Shown: one piece after another, positions 28,935 to 36,833 of the stretch
How the letters are laid out: each line of letters begins with the position of its first letter
Numbering within the stretch: the stretch's first letter is position 1
Source: Gemmatimonadota bacterium
GTDB taxonomy: Bacteria > Gemmatimonadota > Gemmatimonadetes > Gemmatimonadales > GWC2-71-9
Reading direction: 5' to 3'
NCBI GenBank assembly: GCA_039590195.1
Contig: JBDHFY010000003.1
Location: 4,241 to 68,240, forward strand
Length of the DNA stretch: 64,000 nucleotides
Program-made: the position numbers and the translations under genes
Notes under the pieces: model-generated
Databases searched by the model: none
Told to the model about the DNA's origin: nothing
Seen by the model: the letters and a program-made list of their open reading frames with translations, nothing else

Positions 28935-29147
28935 GGTGTCTCAGGGGAATAACAGTTCCAACAACTGTAATCATGTAGGATACGTGAGCCGTCCGCGAGG
29001 GGTGGGTGCGGTGATCACCAGGCCGGAACAAAGGGGAGGGAGGAGCCAGGAGACAGGAGGATAACAGAATGCTTTCGTTCACATTGCCGGCAAATATGGC
29101 TCGGCACCCACGCAGTGACACATCGGCGGCGCATGTAAGCAAGAGCT

Positions 29148-29175
29148 GCCGGCCGCTGGCAGCCGGCCGCCGGCA
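29148..29175 (+). repeat. Heptamer repeat GCCGGCC GCTGGCA GCCGGCC GCCGGCA (GCYGGCM family)
   Basis: Four phased 7-mers immediately 3' of the cheR-like stop (29195). The outer arms GCTGCCGGC...GCCGGCAGC can pair, and the array is followed by CCCTTTTC. About 23 nt are identical to the reverse complement of 32495-32517. Confidence 0.7.
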
Positions 29176-29194
29176 GCCCTTTTCACGGCCGGAC

Positions 29195-30010
29195 TCAACA
29201 TTTCCGATAAACCCCCGCCTCCCCCACCCACTCCTCCACGCCGCCGGCCCCGTCGGTCAGCGTTTCCTTGAAGCCAATCACCAGCGCACCACCGGCCCGG
29301 AGCGTCGCGAGCACTCGCTCCAGCGTCTTGAGCTGTGCGGATGGATCGAAATACGTAAATGCCAGGTTGCGACAAAGGACGAGATCGAACGGTCCGTCGG
29401 GTGTGCGCGTGCGGATGTCCTGTACGTGAAACTCGACCGGCTTGCGGAATGCCGCGCGAATCACGTACCACTCACCGGAACGGGTAAAAGCAACGTCGAT
29501 CCAGTGTGATGGCAGCTCTTTCAGACTGCTCTTGCGGTACTGACCCGTGAGGGCCCGGTCCAAGAGTTGTTCGTCAATCTCCGTAGCGACGACGTGAAGC
29601 CGTAGAGCAGGGAACCGCTCCGCCAGCTCGAGCTTCCACAGCATGTTCAGGCTGTAGGGCTCTTCCCCTGACGCACAGCCTATGCTCCAGCAGCTGAGTT
29701 CCGTATCACCGCGCGCCTCCGCCTCGGACGCGAGATGCGGCAGGACCTCGGCGGCAAGCCGGTCGAACACTGTTCGGTCGCGCCCAAATCGGGAGATGGA
29801 GATCCGGCAAAACGAATCCAAGACGCCCCACTCATCGGGGTGTGATTCGAGGTAGGTGCGATACGCCGCCGGGTTTGGCAGGTGGAGCTCCTGCAAGCGG
29901 CGGGCGATGCGCTTGCACACCTGATGATGCACCCGCCGAAATCCCTCCCAGTGGAGGTGGAGTCTGGGAAGCGCCCACTTAAGGAATTCAACGCACGCCG
30001 AAGCAGCCAT
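29195..30010 (-). CDS. CheR-type SAM-dependent protein-glutamate methyltransferase-like protein (orphan)
   Basis: ORF 29195-30133 trimmed to MAASACVEFLKW... Motif LSCWSIGCASGEEPYSLNMLW (CheR SAM pocket, cf. R(I/V)WSAGCSTGEEPYS), plus FDLVLCRNLAFTYF. No other che genes lie nearby. Confidence 0.75.
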   Translation of the reverse strand: MAASACVEFLKWALPRLHLHWEGFRRVHHQVCKRIARRLQELHLPNPAAYRTYLESHPDEWGVLDSFCRISISRFGRDRTVFDRLAAEVLPHLASEAEARGDTELSCWSIGCASGEEPYSLNMLWKLELAERFPALRLHVVATEIDEQLLDRALTGQYRKSSLKELPSHWIDVAFTRSGEWYVIRAAFRKPVEFHVQDIRTRTPDGPFDLVLCRNLAFTYFDPSAQLKTLERVLATLRAGGALVIGFKETLTDGAGGVEEWVGEAGVYRKC

Positions 30011-30050
30011 GTCTCCTGCAACATGACAGCCCCGGCCTTGTGCGACTACT

Positions 30051-30245
30051 CCCCCCCACACCCCCACCCCTCCCGCTGCCCGCTGCCGGCTGCCGGCTGC
30101 CGGCTGCCAGCCGCCGTTTCCGTGGCAAACCACCTCTCACCTCTCACGTCTCACCTCTCACCACCTCTACACCCTACACCCTACACCCTATTCCCTAAGC
30201 CCTAAGCCCCAAGCCCCAAGCCCCAAGCCCCACGCCCCAATCCCT
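30051..30245. repeat. Mosaic array of ~25 phased heptamers (C-runs; GCTGCCG x6; CACCTCT x4-5; ACACCCT x3; AAGCCCY x6...)
   Basis: Read directly: gctgccc gctgccg gctgccg gctgccg gctgcca gccgccg tttccgt ggcaaac cacctct cacctct cacgtct cacctct caccacc (tct) acaccct acaccct acaccct attccct aagccct aagcccc aagcccc aagcccc aagcccc acgcccc aatccct. The array lies in the divergent region between the cheR-like gene (start 30010) and the lipoprotein gene (start 30403). Confidence 0.85.
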
Positions 30246-30402
30246 ATACCGACTCGCTCTATCGACATTGTGAGATAGATTGCGAATTCAGTGATGCGGC
30301 CGGATCATTGTGTCACATCGCGGGTAACAGATTCGTTCCACGATAGAGGCGACAAGCCCGCGATCTAGCCAGCCCTTTCTCCTCCTTTGGGGGCGCGCGA
30401 TC

Positions 30403-30843
30403 ATGCGTTCTTCGTGCCGAACGGTTCGTGCAAAGAACCCTTGGCTCTTCCGAGTTCGTGACCTTGTTTTGACAAGTTGTGTCCTGGTCACGGCGTTCTT
30501 CGCGTGCACCCCTGAGCCCACGGGTCCCGGCCCCCCGGGCGTGCTCCACGCCGTGCTCACCTCCCCGGCGGGCGCCGAGGGTGCAGCCGTACTCGAGCTG
30601 ACCAGCGCCGGATTGGGAGAGGTCACGCCCGTGGAGGGAAGGGTGTTTGCAAGGCAGGGAGCCGGCGTAGTCACGCTTATCATCATTCTCGATGAGCCGG
30701 GCGAGATCACCTTTCGTGTGAGCGTTGCCGATATCCGCTCGCCTCCCACGGTGACGGTGCTCGAGGTCGCCGACGGCGACGACCAGTTGAGAGCATCGCT
30801 CGAAGGCTACGAGGTGCAGTTTGACCTCGAGGAGACCTTGTAG
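30403..30843 (+). CDS. Hypothetical lipoprotein
   Basis: 146-aa ORF. Lipobox LVTAFFAC followed by a Pro/Gly linker (TPEPTGPGPPG). No recognisable family. First gene of a three-gene plus-strand operon. Confidence 0.55.
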   Translation: MRSSCRTVRAKNPWLFRVRDLVLTSCVLVTAFFACTPEPTGPGPPGVLHAVLTSPAGAEGAAVLELTSAGLGEVTPVEGRVFARQGAGVVTLIIILDEPGEITFRVSVADIRSPPTVTVLEVADGDDQLRASLEGYEVQFDLEETL

Positions 30844-30847
30844 CCAT

Positions 30848-32482
30848 ATGCCCCTTCCCATGAAGGTCCTGCAACCCTCTACCCTGATAACCGTTGCCGG
30901 TCTGCTCACGGTGTTGCCGCGGCCGGTGTACGGCCAGGATATCGAGATGACGGCACACGTGATGGGTCAGCAGGTCCCGGCCGAGTACTACCAGATCATC
31001 CAACGGCAACCCGATTTCTTCGAGGTCAAGCGCGGCTGGATCGGCAAGCTCGAAAACGCACCAGTCACGGGCACGCTGCCCATGGTGATTGTGCAGGCCC
31101 TCTTCGGTGATTCGCCGGAACCTCGCTTCACTCGTGAAGAAATCCAGCAGGTGCTGTTCGACGGACCGGCGCCGTACGGGACGCTCACCGATTTTTACGA
31201 TGAGGTGTCGGGTGGACGGCTCACGGTGGAGGGGCAGGTGCTCCCCTGGGTGCGCACCGAGATCACGCTGGCCGCGACACAAGGTGGTGCGCGGATTGGG
31301 GATGGGACCCCCACTTACATGGAGCAGGCGCTGAGGGAGGCCGACAGCTTCACCGATTTCGGGCAGTTCGACAACGATGGGCCCGACGGTCTTCCGAACA
31401 GCGGTGATGACGATGGGCACGTTGACGCCCTGGCCTTTCAGTACATCGAGGAAGCGGCATCGTGTGGGGGTCCCGCTCCCTGGCCCCACCGGTCGCGCAT
31501 CTCCAATTGGACGGGAGATCCCTTCGCCACCGATGACCTGCGACCGAACGGCGAACCCGTTTTAGTCAATGACTACATCATGCAGAGCACGGTCACGTGC
31601 GAAACGCTGGAGCTCCTGAACGCGAGCGTTGTCGCCCACGAGATGGGACACATGCTGGGCCTCCCCGACCTGTACGACAACACGGAGGGTTCGCTGCCGG
31701 CGTTTCGCGCCTGGGTGGCCGGCTGCTGGTCGTTGATGGCTGGAGGCACGTGGGGTTGTGGTGACGGCAGCGCCAGGACGGTGACGAGGCGCCCGCCGCA
31801 CATGGGTCCGTGGGAGAAGAGCGAGCTGGGGTGGCTGTCCGAAGAGCAAGTGGTGGGGGAGGGGCTGAATCAGGAATTCGTGCTCGAGCCGGTGATCACG
31901 TCGGGGAAGGTTCTTCGGGTACCGCTCAGCGACAGTGAATACTTCCTTGTCGAGTTTCGCGAACGCGCGGGGTTCGATCAGGATCTTCCGCTCCCCGGCG
32001 TGTTGGTCTACCACGTCGACGTCAACCGACCGCGACGGCCGTGCCGCTCATGTGAGAAGATCTATCATGTGCACGTCGTCGAGGCCGACGGGGACGAGGC
32101 GCTCCTCCGCAGCTCATTCGACGGCGGTGATCGGGGCGTGCCGGGAGATGTCTTCGGGGCATCAGGCCCGCAGCGATTGTCCAACGTGACGACGCCCTCC
32201 ACCCGGCTCCACTCGGGCGCGGCGTCGCCGGTGACGTTCTACTCGATTTCACTCGAGGATGGTTTGGCGAGAATTGTGTTGTCGACCACCACCCTTTCTC
32301 TCGAGCAGCTCCTCAGCCCCTTCACCGACGGAGGAGGTCTGCTGCTCTCGGTGCAGGAAGCCGAGTGCCTCGATTCACTCGGTAATCACAACGGCCATTA
32401 CGACGTGGGTGACCTGCGCCGGTATCTCAAGGAGCACCCGTCGGTGGTGGTGGCGGCTGGGCAAGTCGGGGGGCAACGGTGA
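30848..32482 (+). CDS. M6-family (immune inhibitor A-like) zinc metalloprotease
   Basis: ORF 30821-32482 trimmed to MPLPMKVLQ... Signal peptide. M6 N-terminal pattern (GTLPMVIVQALFGDSP...TDFYDEVSGGRLTVEGQVLPWV). Zinc site VVAHEMGHMLGLPDLYD. Confidence 0.8.
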   Translation: MPLPMKVLQPSTLITVAGLLTVLPRPVYGQDIEMTAHVMGQQVPAEYYQIIQRQPDFFEVKRGWIGKLENAPVTGTLPMVIVQALFGDSPEPRFTREEIQQVLFDGPAPYGTLTDFYDEVSGGRLTVEGQVLPWVRTEITLAATQGGARIGDGTPTYMEQALREADSFTDFGQFDNDGPDGLPNSGDDDGHVDALAFQYIEEAASCGGPAPWPHRSRISNWTGDPFATDDLRPNGEPVLVNDYIMQSTVTCETLELLNASVVAHEMGHMLGLPDLYDNTEGSLPAFRAWVAGCWSLMAGGTWGCGDGSARTVTRRPPHMGPWEKSELGWLSEEQVVGEGLNQEFVLEPVITSGKVLRVPLSDSEYFLVEFRERAGFDQDLPLPGVLVYHVDVNRPRRPCRSCEKIYHVHVVEADGDEALLRSSFDGGDRGVPGDVFGASGPQRLSNVTTPSTRLHSGAASPVTFYSISLEDGLARIVLSTTTLSLEQLLSPFTDGGGLLLSVQEAECLDSLGNHNGHYDVGDLRRYLKEHPSVVVAAGQVGGQR

Positions 32483-32517
32483 AGTCAGCTACCAGCGGCC
32501 GGCTGCCAGCGGCCGGC
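32483..32517 (-). repeat. Heptamer repeat, minus-strand reading GCCGGCC GCTGGCA GCCGGCC GCTGGTA GCTGACT
   Basis: Five phased 7-mers directly after the M6 protease stop. It is an inverted copy of the 29148-29175 element. Confidence 0.7.
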
Positions 32518-32553
32518 GATAGCGCTGCATGCTCGACTGACGAGAGCCTTGGT

Positions 32554-33606
32554 GTGGTGGAAGGGAGGAACTACAACGTCCTCGGCGTTCCTCCGCGTTC
32601 CTCCGCGGCTCAATTCACCCTGGCGTGGTTGCTTACCGCTGGCATTCTCGGGGCTGCGTGCTCCGATGCCCTCGGTCCCGAAGACGCCGAGGCGTGGATG
32701 GCGTTCGAGAGCCTCCGCGACGGGAACCGCGAGATCTACGTAGTGAACCTCGACGGTTCGGTACACAACGTCACCAACGACCCAGGGCGCGACCGGAATC
32801 CGGTGTGGTCTCCGGACGGTCGCGTACTGGCGTTTGTGAGTGACCGCGAGGGCAACGATGAAGTGTACGTGATGCGGCTCAATGGGCGGATCGTCAATGT
32901 GAGCAACAGCGAGGCGCGCGACGACCAGCCTACCTGGGGACCCGATGGCCGGCTCGCCTTCACGAGCGATCGGGACGGAAACTCCGAGATCTATGTGGTC
33001 GATGGGCAGGGGAATGGTCTCGAGAATCTCACCAACCATCCTGAGCATGACACGGATCCGGCGTGGTCCCCTGACGGCTCACGGATCGCCTTCACGAGCA
33101 CGCGGATCCCACGCGCTGGTGTCTTTGTCATGAACGCTGACGGTAGCGACGTCGTCAATCTCACGAGCGATCCCGATGGGGACGATTTCTCCCCGGTTTG
33201 GTCGCCGGACGCCTCCCGGATTGCCTTCGAGACCAATCGTGACGGCGTTTCAGAGATCTATGTCGTCAATGCCGACGGCACCGGCATCGCCAATGTCACG
33301 AGCAACGATCGGCAAGACGCCGGCTCGGCGTGGTCACCGGACGGCACGCGCATTGCGTTTCAAAGCGACCGCAGCGGAGATTGGGAGATTTACGTGATGA
33401 ACGCGGACGGCAGCGGGGTCGTCAACGTCACGAACCTGGGGTCGCACGACAGCCGACCTGTCTGGTCACCTGATGGGTTGCGGATCGCGTTCGAGAGCAA
33501 TAGAACCGGCGACTGGGAGATCCTGTCGATGCTCCCAGACGGAAGCGGTCTCGCCAACGTCACGCAGCACCCGTCGAGCGAAGCGGTTCCGGTGTGGCGA
33601 CCGTAG
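32554..33606 (+). CDS. PD40/TolB-like beta-propeller repeat lipoprotein
   Basis: ORF 32479-33606. A GTG at 32479 overlaps the upstream TGA, but that would put the heptamer repeat and ~35 non-signal residues before the lipobox (ILGAAC). I prefer the GTG at ~32554, so the start is uncertain. Seven or more repeats of D..P.WSPDG.(R/L)IAF.S.RDG..EIYV(M/V)NADGS...N(V/L)T. Confidence 0.8.
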   Translation: MVEGRNYNVLGVPPRSSAAQFTLAWLLTAGILGAACSDALGPEDAEAWMAFESLRDGNREIYVVNLDGSVHNVTNDPGRDRNPVWSPDGRVLAFVSDREGNDEVYVMRLNGRIVNVSNSEARDDQPTWGPDGRLAFTSDRDGNSEIYVVDGQGNGLENLTNHPEHDTDPAWSPDGSRIAFTSTRIPRAGVFVMNADGSDVVNLTSDPDGDDFSPVWSPDASRIAFETNRDGVSEIYVVNADGTGIANVTSNDRQDAGSAWSPDGTRIAFQSDRSGDWEIYVMNADGSGVVNVTNLGSHDSRPVWSPDGLRIAFESNRTGDWEILSMLPDGSGLANVTQHPSSEAVPVWRP

Positions 33607-33651
33607 CCGGCTCCCGGGCTCTCCCCCGCCCTTAGATCTGCAGGAAATCAC

Positions 33652-34770
33652 TCAATAAAGGTGCATCCAGCTTCGCTCGCCCAAGGGGATGGCGAAAGCG
33701 GTTCCCTGGAGCGACTGCTGCACGGCACAGCTCGAGTAGTGAAACTGCGCGTTCCCGCCGATGTCATTTTCGTCATCGAATCCGTTCGCGGCGATCACGG
33801 CACCGTTGAATTTTTGTCCGGTGCCCGTCGTCTTGAACCGTCCGCGTACAATTACGACCCCAAAGAATTCGAAGTTTCCCGCAACGCTGAGGTCGCCATC
33901 GACGAGAAGCAGACCCTGACCCTGCCGGCCATTGATCCTCGCATCTCCCGAGATGTAGATGGTGGGGAAGTACTTGCCGCATGCAGAAGAGGGGTCTTTT
34001 CCGTCACCCCAGTTCTGGGGATCAGCGAGGTTGCATTGGGTGCCGACGAAGCTGGGCTGGATCTGAGTGTAGGTGCCCGGACCCAGTGCCGTCGTGGCAA
34101 TCGCTGCCAATGCGTCGAAGTTGTCGTCGCCGAAGGTTGTCAGGGCGGCCTCGTCGATCGTCGCATCGCCGAGAACTGGGGGAACACCATCTAGCTCGTA
34201 AGAGTTGCCCGAGGTGCTGATGTTGGTAGCATCGTCGACCAGGATCCCTGGGAGCGAGGTCCCAAGCGGAGGACAGTCGGACCACCCGGGCGGCAGGTGG
34301 TCGTGGCCGTCGATGTCGGAGTTTCCGCGGACCCTCACATCTCCCTTTGTCTTGAACGCCGCATCGATGTCGATCTCGAAGGGACGGAGGCGAGCCAAGA
34401 GCCCTACATGTTGGTGTGTCGAGGAGTCCGCGCTGAAGCCCTGCGCGTCGACCAGGTACAGCATGGTGTTCATGCGGCGCAGGGTGCGCCGGTACCAGCC
34501 GGTGCCATCGTCCATCCACCCCTCGTCGGTGAGCGTCGAGCCGGCGGCGATGCTGTTGTACCGGAAGGCATCCCAGTCCGCCAAGAGATATTCAGCGGCT
34601 CCGTCCGCCGTGTTAAAAGCGTGCTGTGCCTTGACGGTGCTGCGTCCCAACCGCTGCTCCTGCATCCCGACGAAGAAAGCGCCGGAAATCAACCCGCCGA
34701 TCAGCAGAAGGGCGAACACGGCGGTCACCAGCGCTACACCGCGTTCATCCGTTCGGTTTGCCATCATCAT
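33652..34770 (-). CDS. PilX_N-type pilus assembly protein, paralog 2
   Basis: ORF 33652-34812 trimmed to MMMANRTDERGVALVTAVFALLLIGGLISGAFFVGMQEQRLG, the PilX N-terminal domain pattern (ERG.AL + hydrophobic helix, no G/F cleavage site). Clearly paralogous along its whole length to 35691-36833. Confidence 0.7.
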   Translation of the reverse strand: MMMANRTDERGVALVTAVFALLLIGGLISGAFFVGMQEQRLGRSTVKAQHAFNTADGAAEYLLADWDAFRYNSIAAGSTLTDEGWMDDGTGWYRRTLRRMNTMLYLVDAQGFSADSSTHQHVGLLARLRPFEIDIDAAFKTKGDVRVRGNSDIDGHDHLPPGWSDCPPLGTSLPGILVDDATNISTSGNSYELDGVPPVLGDATIDEAALTTFGDDNFDALAAIATTALGPGTYTQIQPSFVGTQCNLADPQNWGDGKDPSSACGKYFPTIYISGDARINGRQGQGLLLVDGDLSVAGNFEFFGVVIVRGRFKTTGTGQKFNGAVIAANGFDDENDIGGNAQFHYSSCAVQQSLQGTAFAIPLGERSWMHLY

Positions 34771-34852
34771 GGACTCAGCTCGCTCGAGGGCTCTAGCTCG
34801 CCCGCGCCCCAAGTCCGTGATCGAGCAACCACTTGGGGCAGTGAAGCTCCGA

Positions 34853-34887
34853 GCTGGCAGCTAACAGCTAATAGCTGTTAGCTCCTC
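34853..34887. repeat. Heptamer repeat GCTGGCA GCTAACA GCTAATA GCTGTTA GCTCCTC forming a palindrome (possible terminator/attenuator)
   Basis: The centre TAACAGCTA-T-TAGCTGTTA is a perfect 9-bp inverted repeat. It is located between the REC-HTH regulator stop (34890) and the PilX-like paralog 2 start. Confidence 0.65.
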
Positions 34888-34889
34888 CC

Positions 34890-35489
34890 TCATGCGTTGA
34901 GATGATAACTCTTGATCTTCTTGATTAACGTCGTCCGCGCAATCCCGAGTTCGCGCGACGCGTGCGTGCGATTGCCCCGGTGATGTCGCAGGACCTCTTC
35001 GATGTGCTCGCGCTCGAAGTCATCGAGCGTACGGGGAAGGTGATCGGCCTCTGCTGCGACACCGGCGAGATACTCACCGCTTCTCCGCTGCTCGAGCTCG
35101 GCCTCCAGCGTTGCCAACTGATTCTTCAGTAGCTCTCGTTCCTCGGCTTGACGAATGGTGAGCGCCAGCTGGTCCGGGCGGAATGGTTTGGCGAGGTAAT
35201 CGTACGCACCCCACTCCATCGCCTGAATCGCGGCGTCCTCATCCGAGTATGCGCTCATCATGATCACCAGCGCTGCGCCGCCCGCTGACTTGTAGCGACG
35301 CAGGAAGTCAGGACCCGTCAGGTCCGGCATCTGGACGTCGCAGAGGATGAGGTCGAAAGGCTCGTGTGTCGCCAGGTTGAGCGCCTGGACGGGGGAGCCT
35401 TCTGCCTGCACGTCGTGTCCATCGAACTTGAGCAGACGGACGAGAGAATCTCTGAGACCAGGGTCGTCGTCAATGATGAGGAGTTTCAT
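34890..35489 (-). CDS. Response regulator, REC + Fis-type HTH, lacking the sigma-54 AAA+ module
   Basis: 199-aa ORF. By eye, its REC domain is about two-thirds identical to the REC of the NtrC-type regulator at 38627-39982 (MKLLIIDDDPGLRD...PFDLILCDVQMP...GGAALVIMMSAY...GAYDYLAKPFRPD). The coiled linker (LATLEAELEQ) joins directly to the HTH (NRTHASRELGIARTTLIKKIK). It has no Walker A and no GAFTGA. Confidence 0.85.
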   Translation of the reverse strand: MKLLIIDDDPGLRDSLVRLLKFDGHDVQAEGSPVQALNLATHEPFDLILCDVQMPDLTGPDFLRRYKSAGGAALVIMMSAYSDEDAAIQAMEWGAYDYLAKPFRPDQLALTIRQAEERELLKNQLATLEAELEQRRSGEYLAGVAAEADHLPRTLDDFEREHIEEVLRHHRGNRTHASRELGIARTTLIKKIKSYHLNA

Positions 35490-35690
35490 GATCCCTTCCG
35501 AACCAGATCCGATTGTGTGGATGCGGACCAGTTACCGGTCCGGTGCCAGCGTTGCTCCAAACCTTTCCGGTGAGGAAGCCGGCGTTCACGTGGGGAATTC
35601 AGCAGGGCATCTCTCTATCAACTGAGATGCAACCGCGGCCTTAGCGTTTCTTCCTATCCTCAACGGCCCCCGGCGCCGCGAGGAGGTTGC

Positions 35691-36833
35691 TCAGTATAGG
35701 TTCACCCAACTTCGCTCGCCGAAGGGAATCGCAAGTGCGGTTCCCTGGAGCGAACGCTGAATGGCGCAGCTCGAGTAGTAGAGTTTCGCGTTTCCAGCGA
35801 CGTCGTTGAGTCCGTTGCCGTTATTGGCGGCGATCACCGCGCCGTGGAACTTCTGGCCGGTCCCCTCCGTCGAGAACCGTCCGCGCACGATGATCACGCC
35901 GAAGTACTCGAAATTGCCCTTTACCAAGAGGTCGCCGTCCACGAGGAGGAGGCCCTGGCCCTGCCAGTTGCGGACCTCTGCGTCCCCCTTGATATGCGTG
36001 ATAGGGTAGTACGTCCCGCAAGGCGATAACGGGTTCTGCCCGTCGCCCCAGTTCTTGGGATCCGCGAGATTGCATTCGCCGCCGACCAGGCTTGGCTGAA
36101 GCTGAGCGTACAATCCAGGAGCCAGCACCTTCGTCGCCTCGGCGGCCAGGGCATCAAAGTCGGTGTCCCCAAACGTGGTGAGCTCGGCTAGGTCGATCTC
36201 CGAATCTTCGTCGATGCGCGGGTTGCCGTCGATGATGTGTGCCCCACCTTCTTCTGTGACGTTCGCCATATCGTCCACCAGCAGTCCGGGAGCCCCAGCA
36301 TCGAGCGAGGGGCAATCGAGCCACCCGGGCGGCGTGCGATCGTGGCCATTTATTTCGGACTGTCCACGAGCCTTCACGTTGCCGCGCGTCTTGAAGGCGG
36401 CGTTGGCGTTGACTTCCACCAGATTGAGCCGGGCCAGGAGGCCGACGTGTTGCTGTGTCGAGCTGTCCGCACTGAAGCCCTCCACCTCGACCAAGAACTG
36501 CATCGTGTTCAGCCTGCGTAGCGTGCTGCGGTACCAGCCCGTGCCGTCGTCCATCCACCCATTCTGGGTGAGTGTCGAGCCGATCTGGAGGTTGTTGTAC
36601 CGAAACGCATCCCAGTCCGCCACGAGATATTCAGCGGCTCCGTCGGCTGTGTTAAAGGCCTGCTGCGCCTTGAGCGTGGTGCGGCCCACCCGCTGCTCCT
36701 GCATTCCGACGAAGAAAGCGCCGGAAATCAACCCGCCGATCAGCAGAAGGGCGAACACGGCACCAGCTAGGGCCATACCGCGTTCGTTTCTTCGGTTCGC
36801 CATCATCGGACTCCTTCGCGGGCTGTTCGTCAC
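35691..36833 (-). CDS. PilX_N-type pilus assembly protein, paralog 1
   Basis: 380-aa ORF whose ATG overlaps the PilW-like stop (ATGA). An internal MMANRRNERGMALAGAVFALLLIGGLISGAFFVGMQEQRVG is an alternative start (36806). The C-terminal region is conserved with paralog 2 (GQGLLLVDGDL.V.GNFE.FGV.IVRGRF.T.GTGQKF.GAVIAAN). Confidence 0.7.
   Translation of the reverse strand: MTNSPRRSPMMANRRNERGMALAGAVFALLLIGGLISGAFFVGMQEQRVGRTTLKAQQAFNTADGAAEYLVADWDAFRYNNLQIGSTLTQNGWMDDGTGWYRSTLRRLNTMQFLVEVEGFSADSSTQQHVGLLARLNLVEVNANAAFKTRGNVKARGQSEINGHDRTPPGWLDCPSLDAGAPGLLVDDMANVTEEGGAHIIDGNPRIDEDSEIDLAELTTFGDTDFDALAAEATKVLAPGLYAQLQPSLVGGECNLADPKNWGDGQNPLSPCGTYYPITHIKGDAEVRNWQGQGLLLVDGDLLVKGNFEYFGVIIVRGRFSTEGTGQKFHGAVIAANNGNGLNDVAGNAKLYYSSCAIQRSLQGTALAIPFGERSWVNLY

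Noticed and set aside
28204-29142. 312-aa minus-strand ORF spanning the flavin reductase gene and both flanking intergenic regions.
   Set aside because: It is in a different frame from the well-supported flavin reductase ORF (28314-28934), has an Arg/Gly/His-rich composition and runs across the CPBP gene start. It is a shadow frame.
30051-30245. Considered whether the tandem repeat arrays (also 51811-51918 and 53424-53479) are CRISPR arrays.
   Set aside because: The units are 7-9 bp, directly abutting with no unique spacers, and there are no cas genes. These are micro/minisatellite-type repeats, not CRISPR.
32479-32553. GTG at 32479 (GTGA overlap with the M6 protease stop) as the start of the PD40 lipoprotein.
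   Set aside because: It is possible, but it would translate the heptamer array and add ~25 non-signal residues (SATSGRLPAAGDSAACSTDE) ahead of the signal peptide and lipobox. A GTG near 32554 gives a conventional lipoprotein precursor. The question is left open in the feature note.
35531-35548. Second sigma-54-like element (minus strand gcTGGCACcggacCGGTaac) ~45 nt upstream of the REC-HTH regulator.
   Set aside because: The -24 TGGCAC is perfect, but the -12 position reads GGT instead of TTGC/GC. Without the GC dinucleotide I cannot support it as a sigma-54 promoter. It might be a decayed copy from the duplication.
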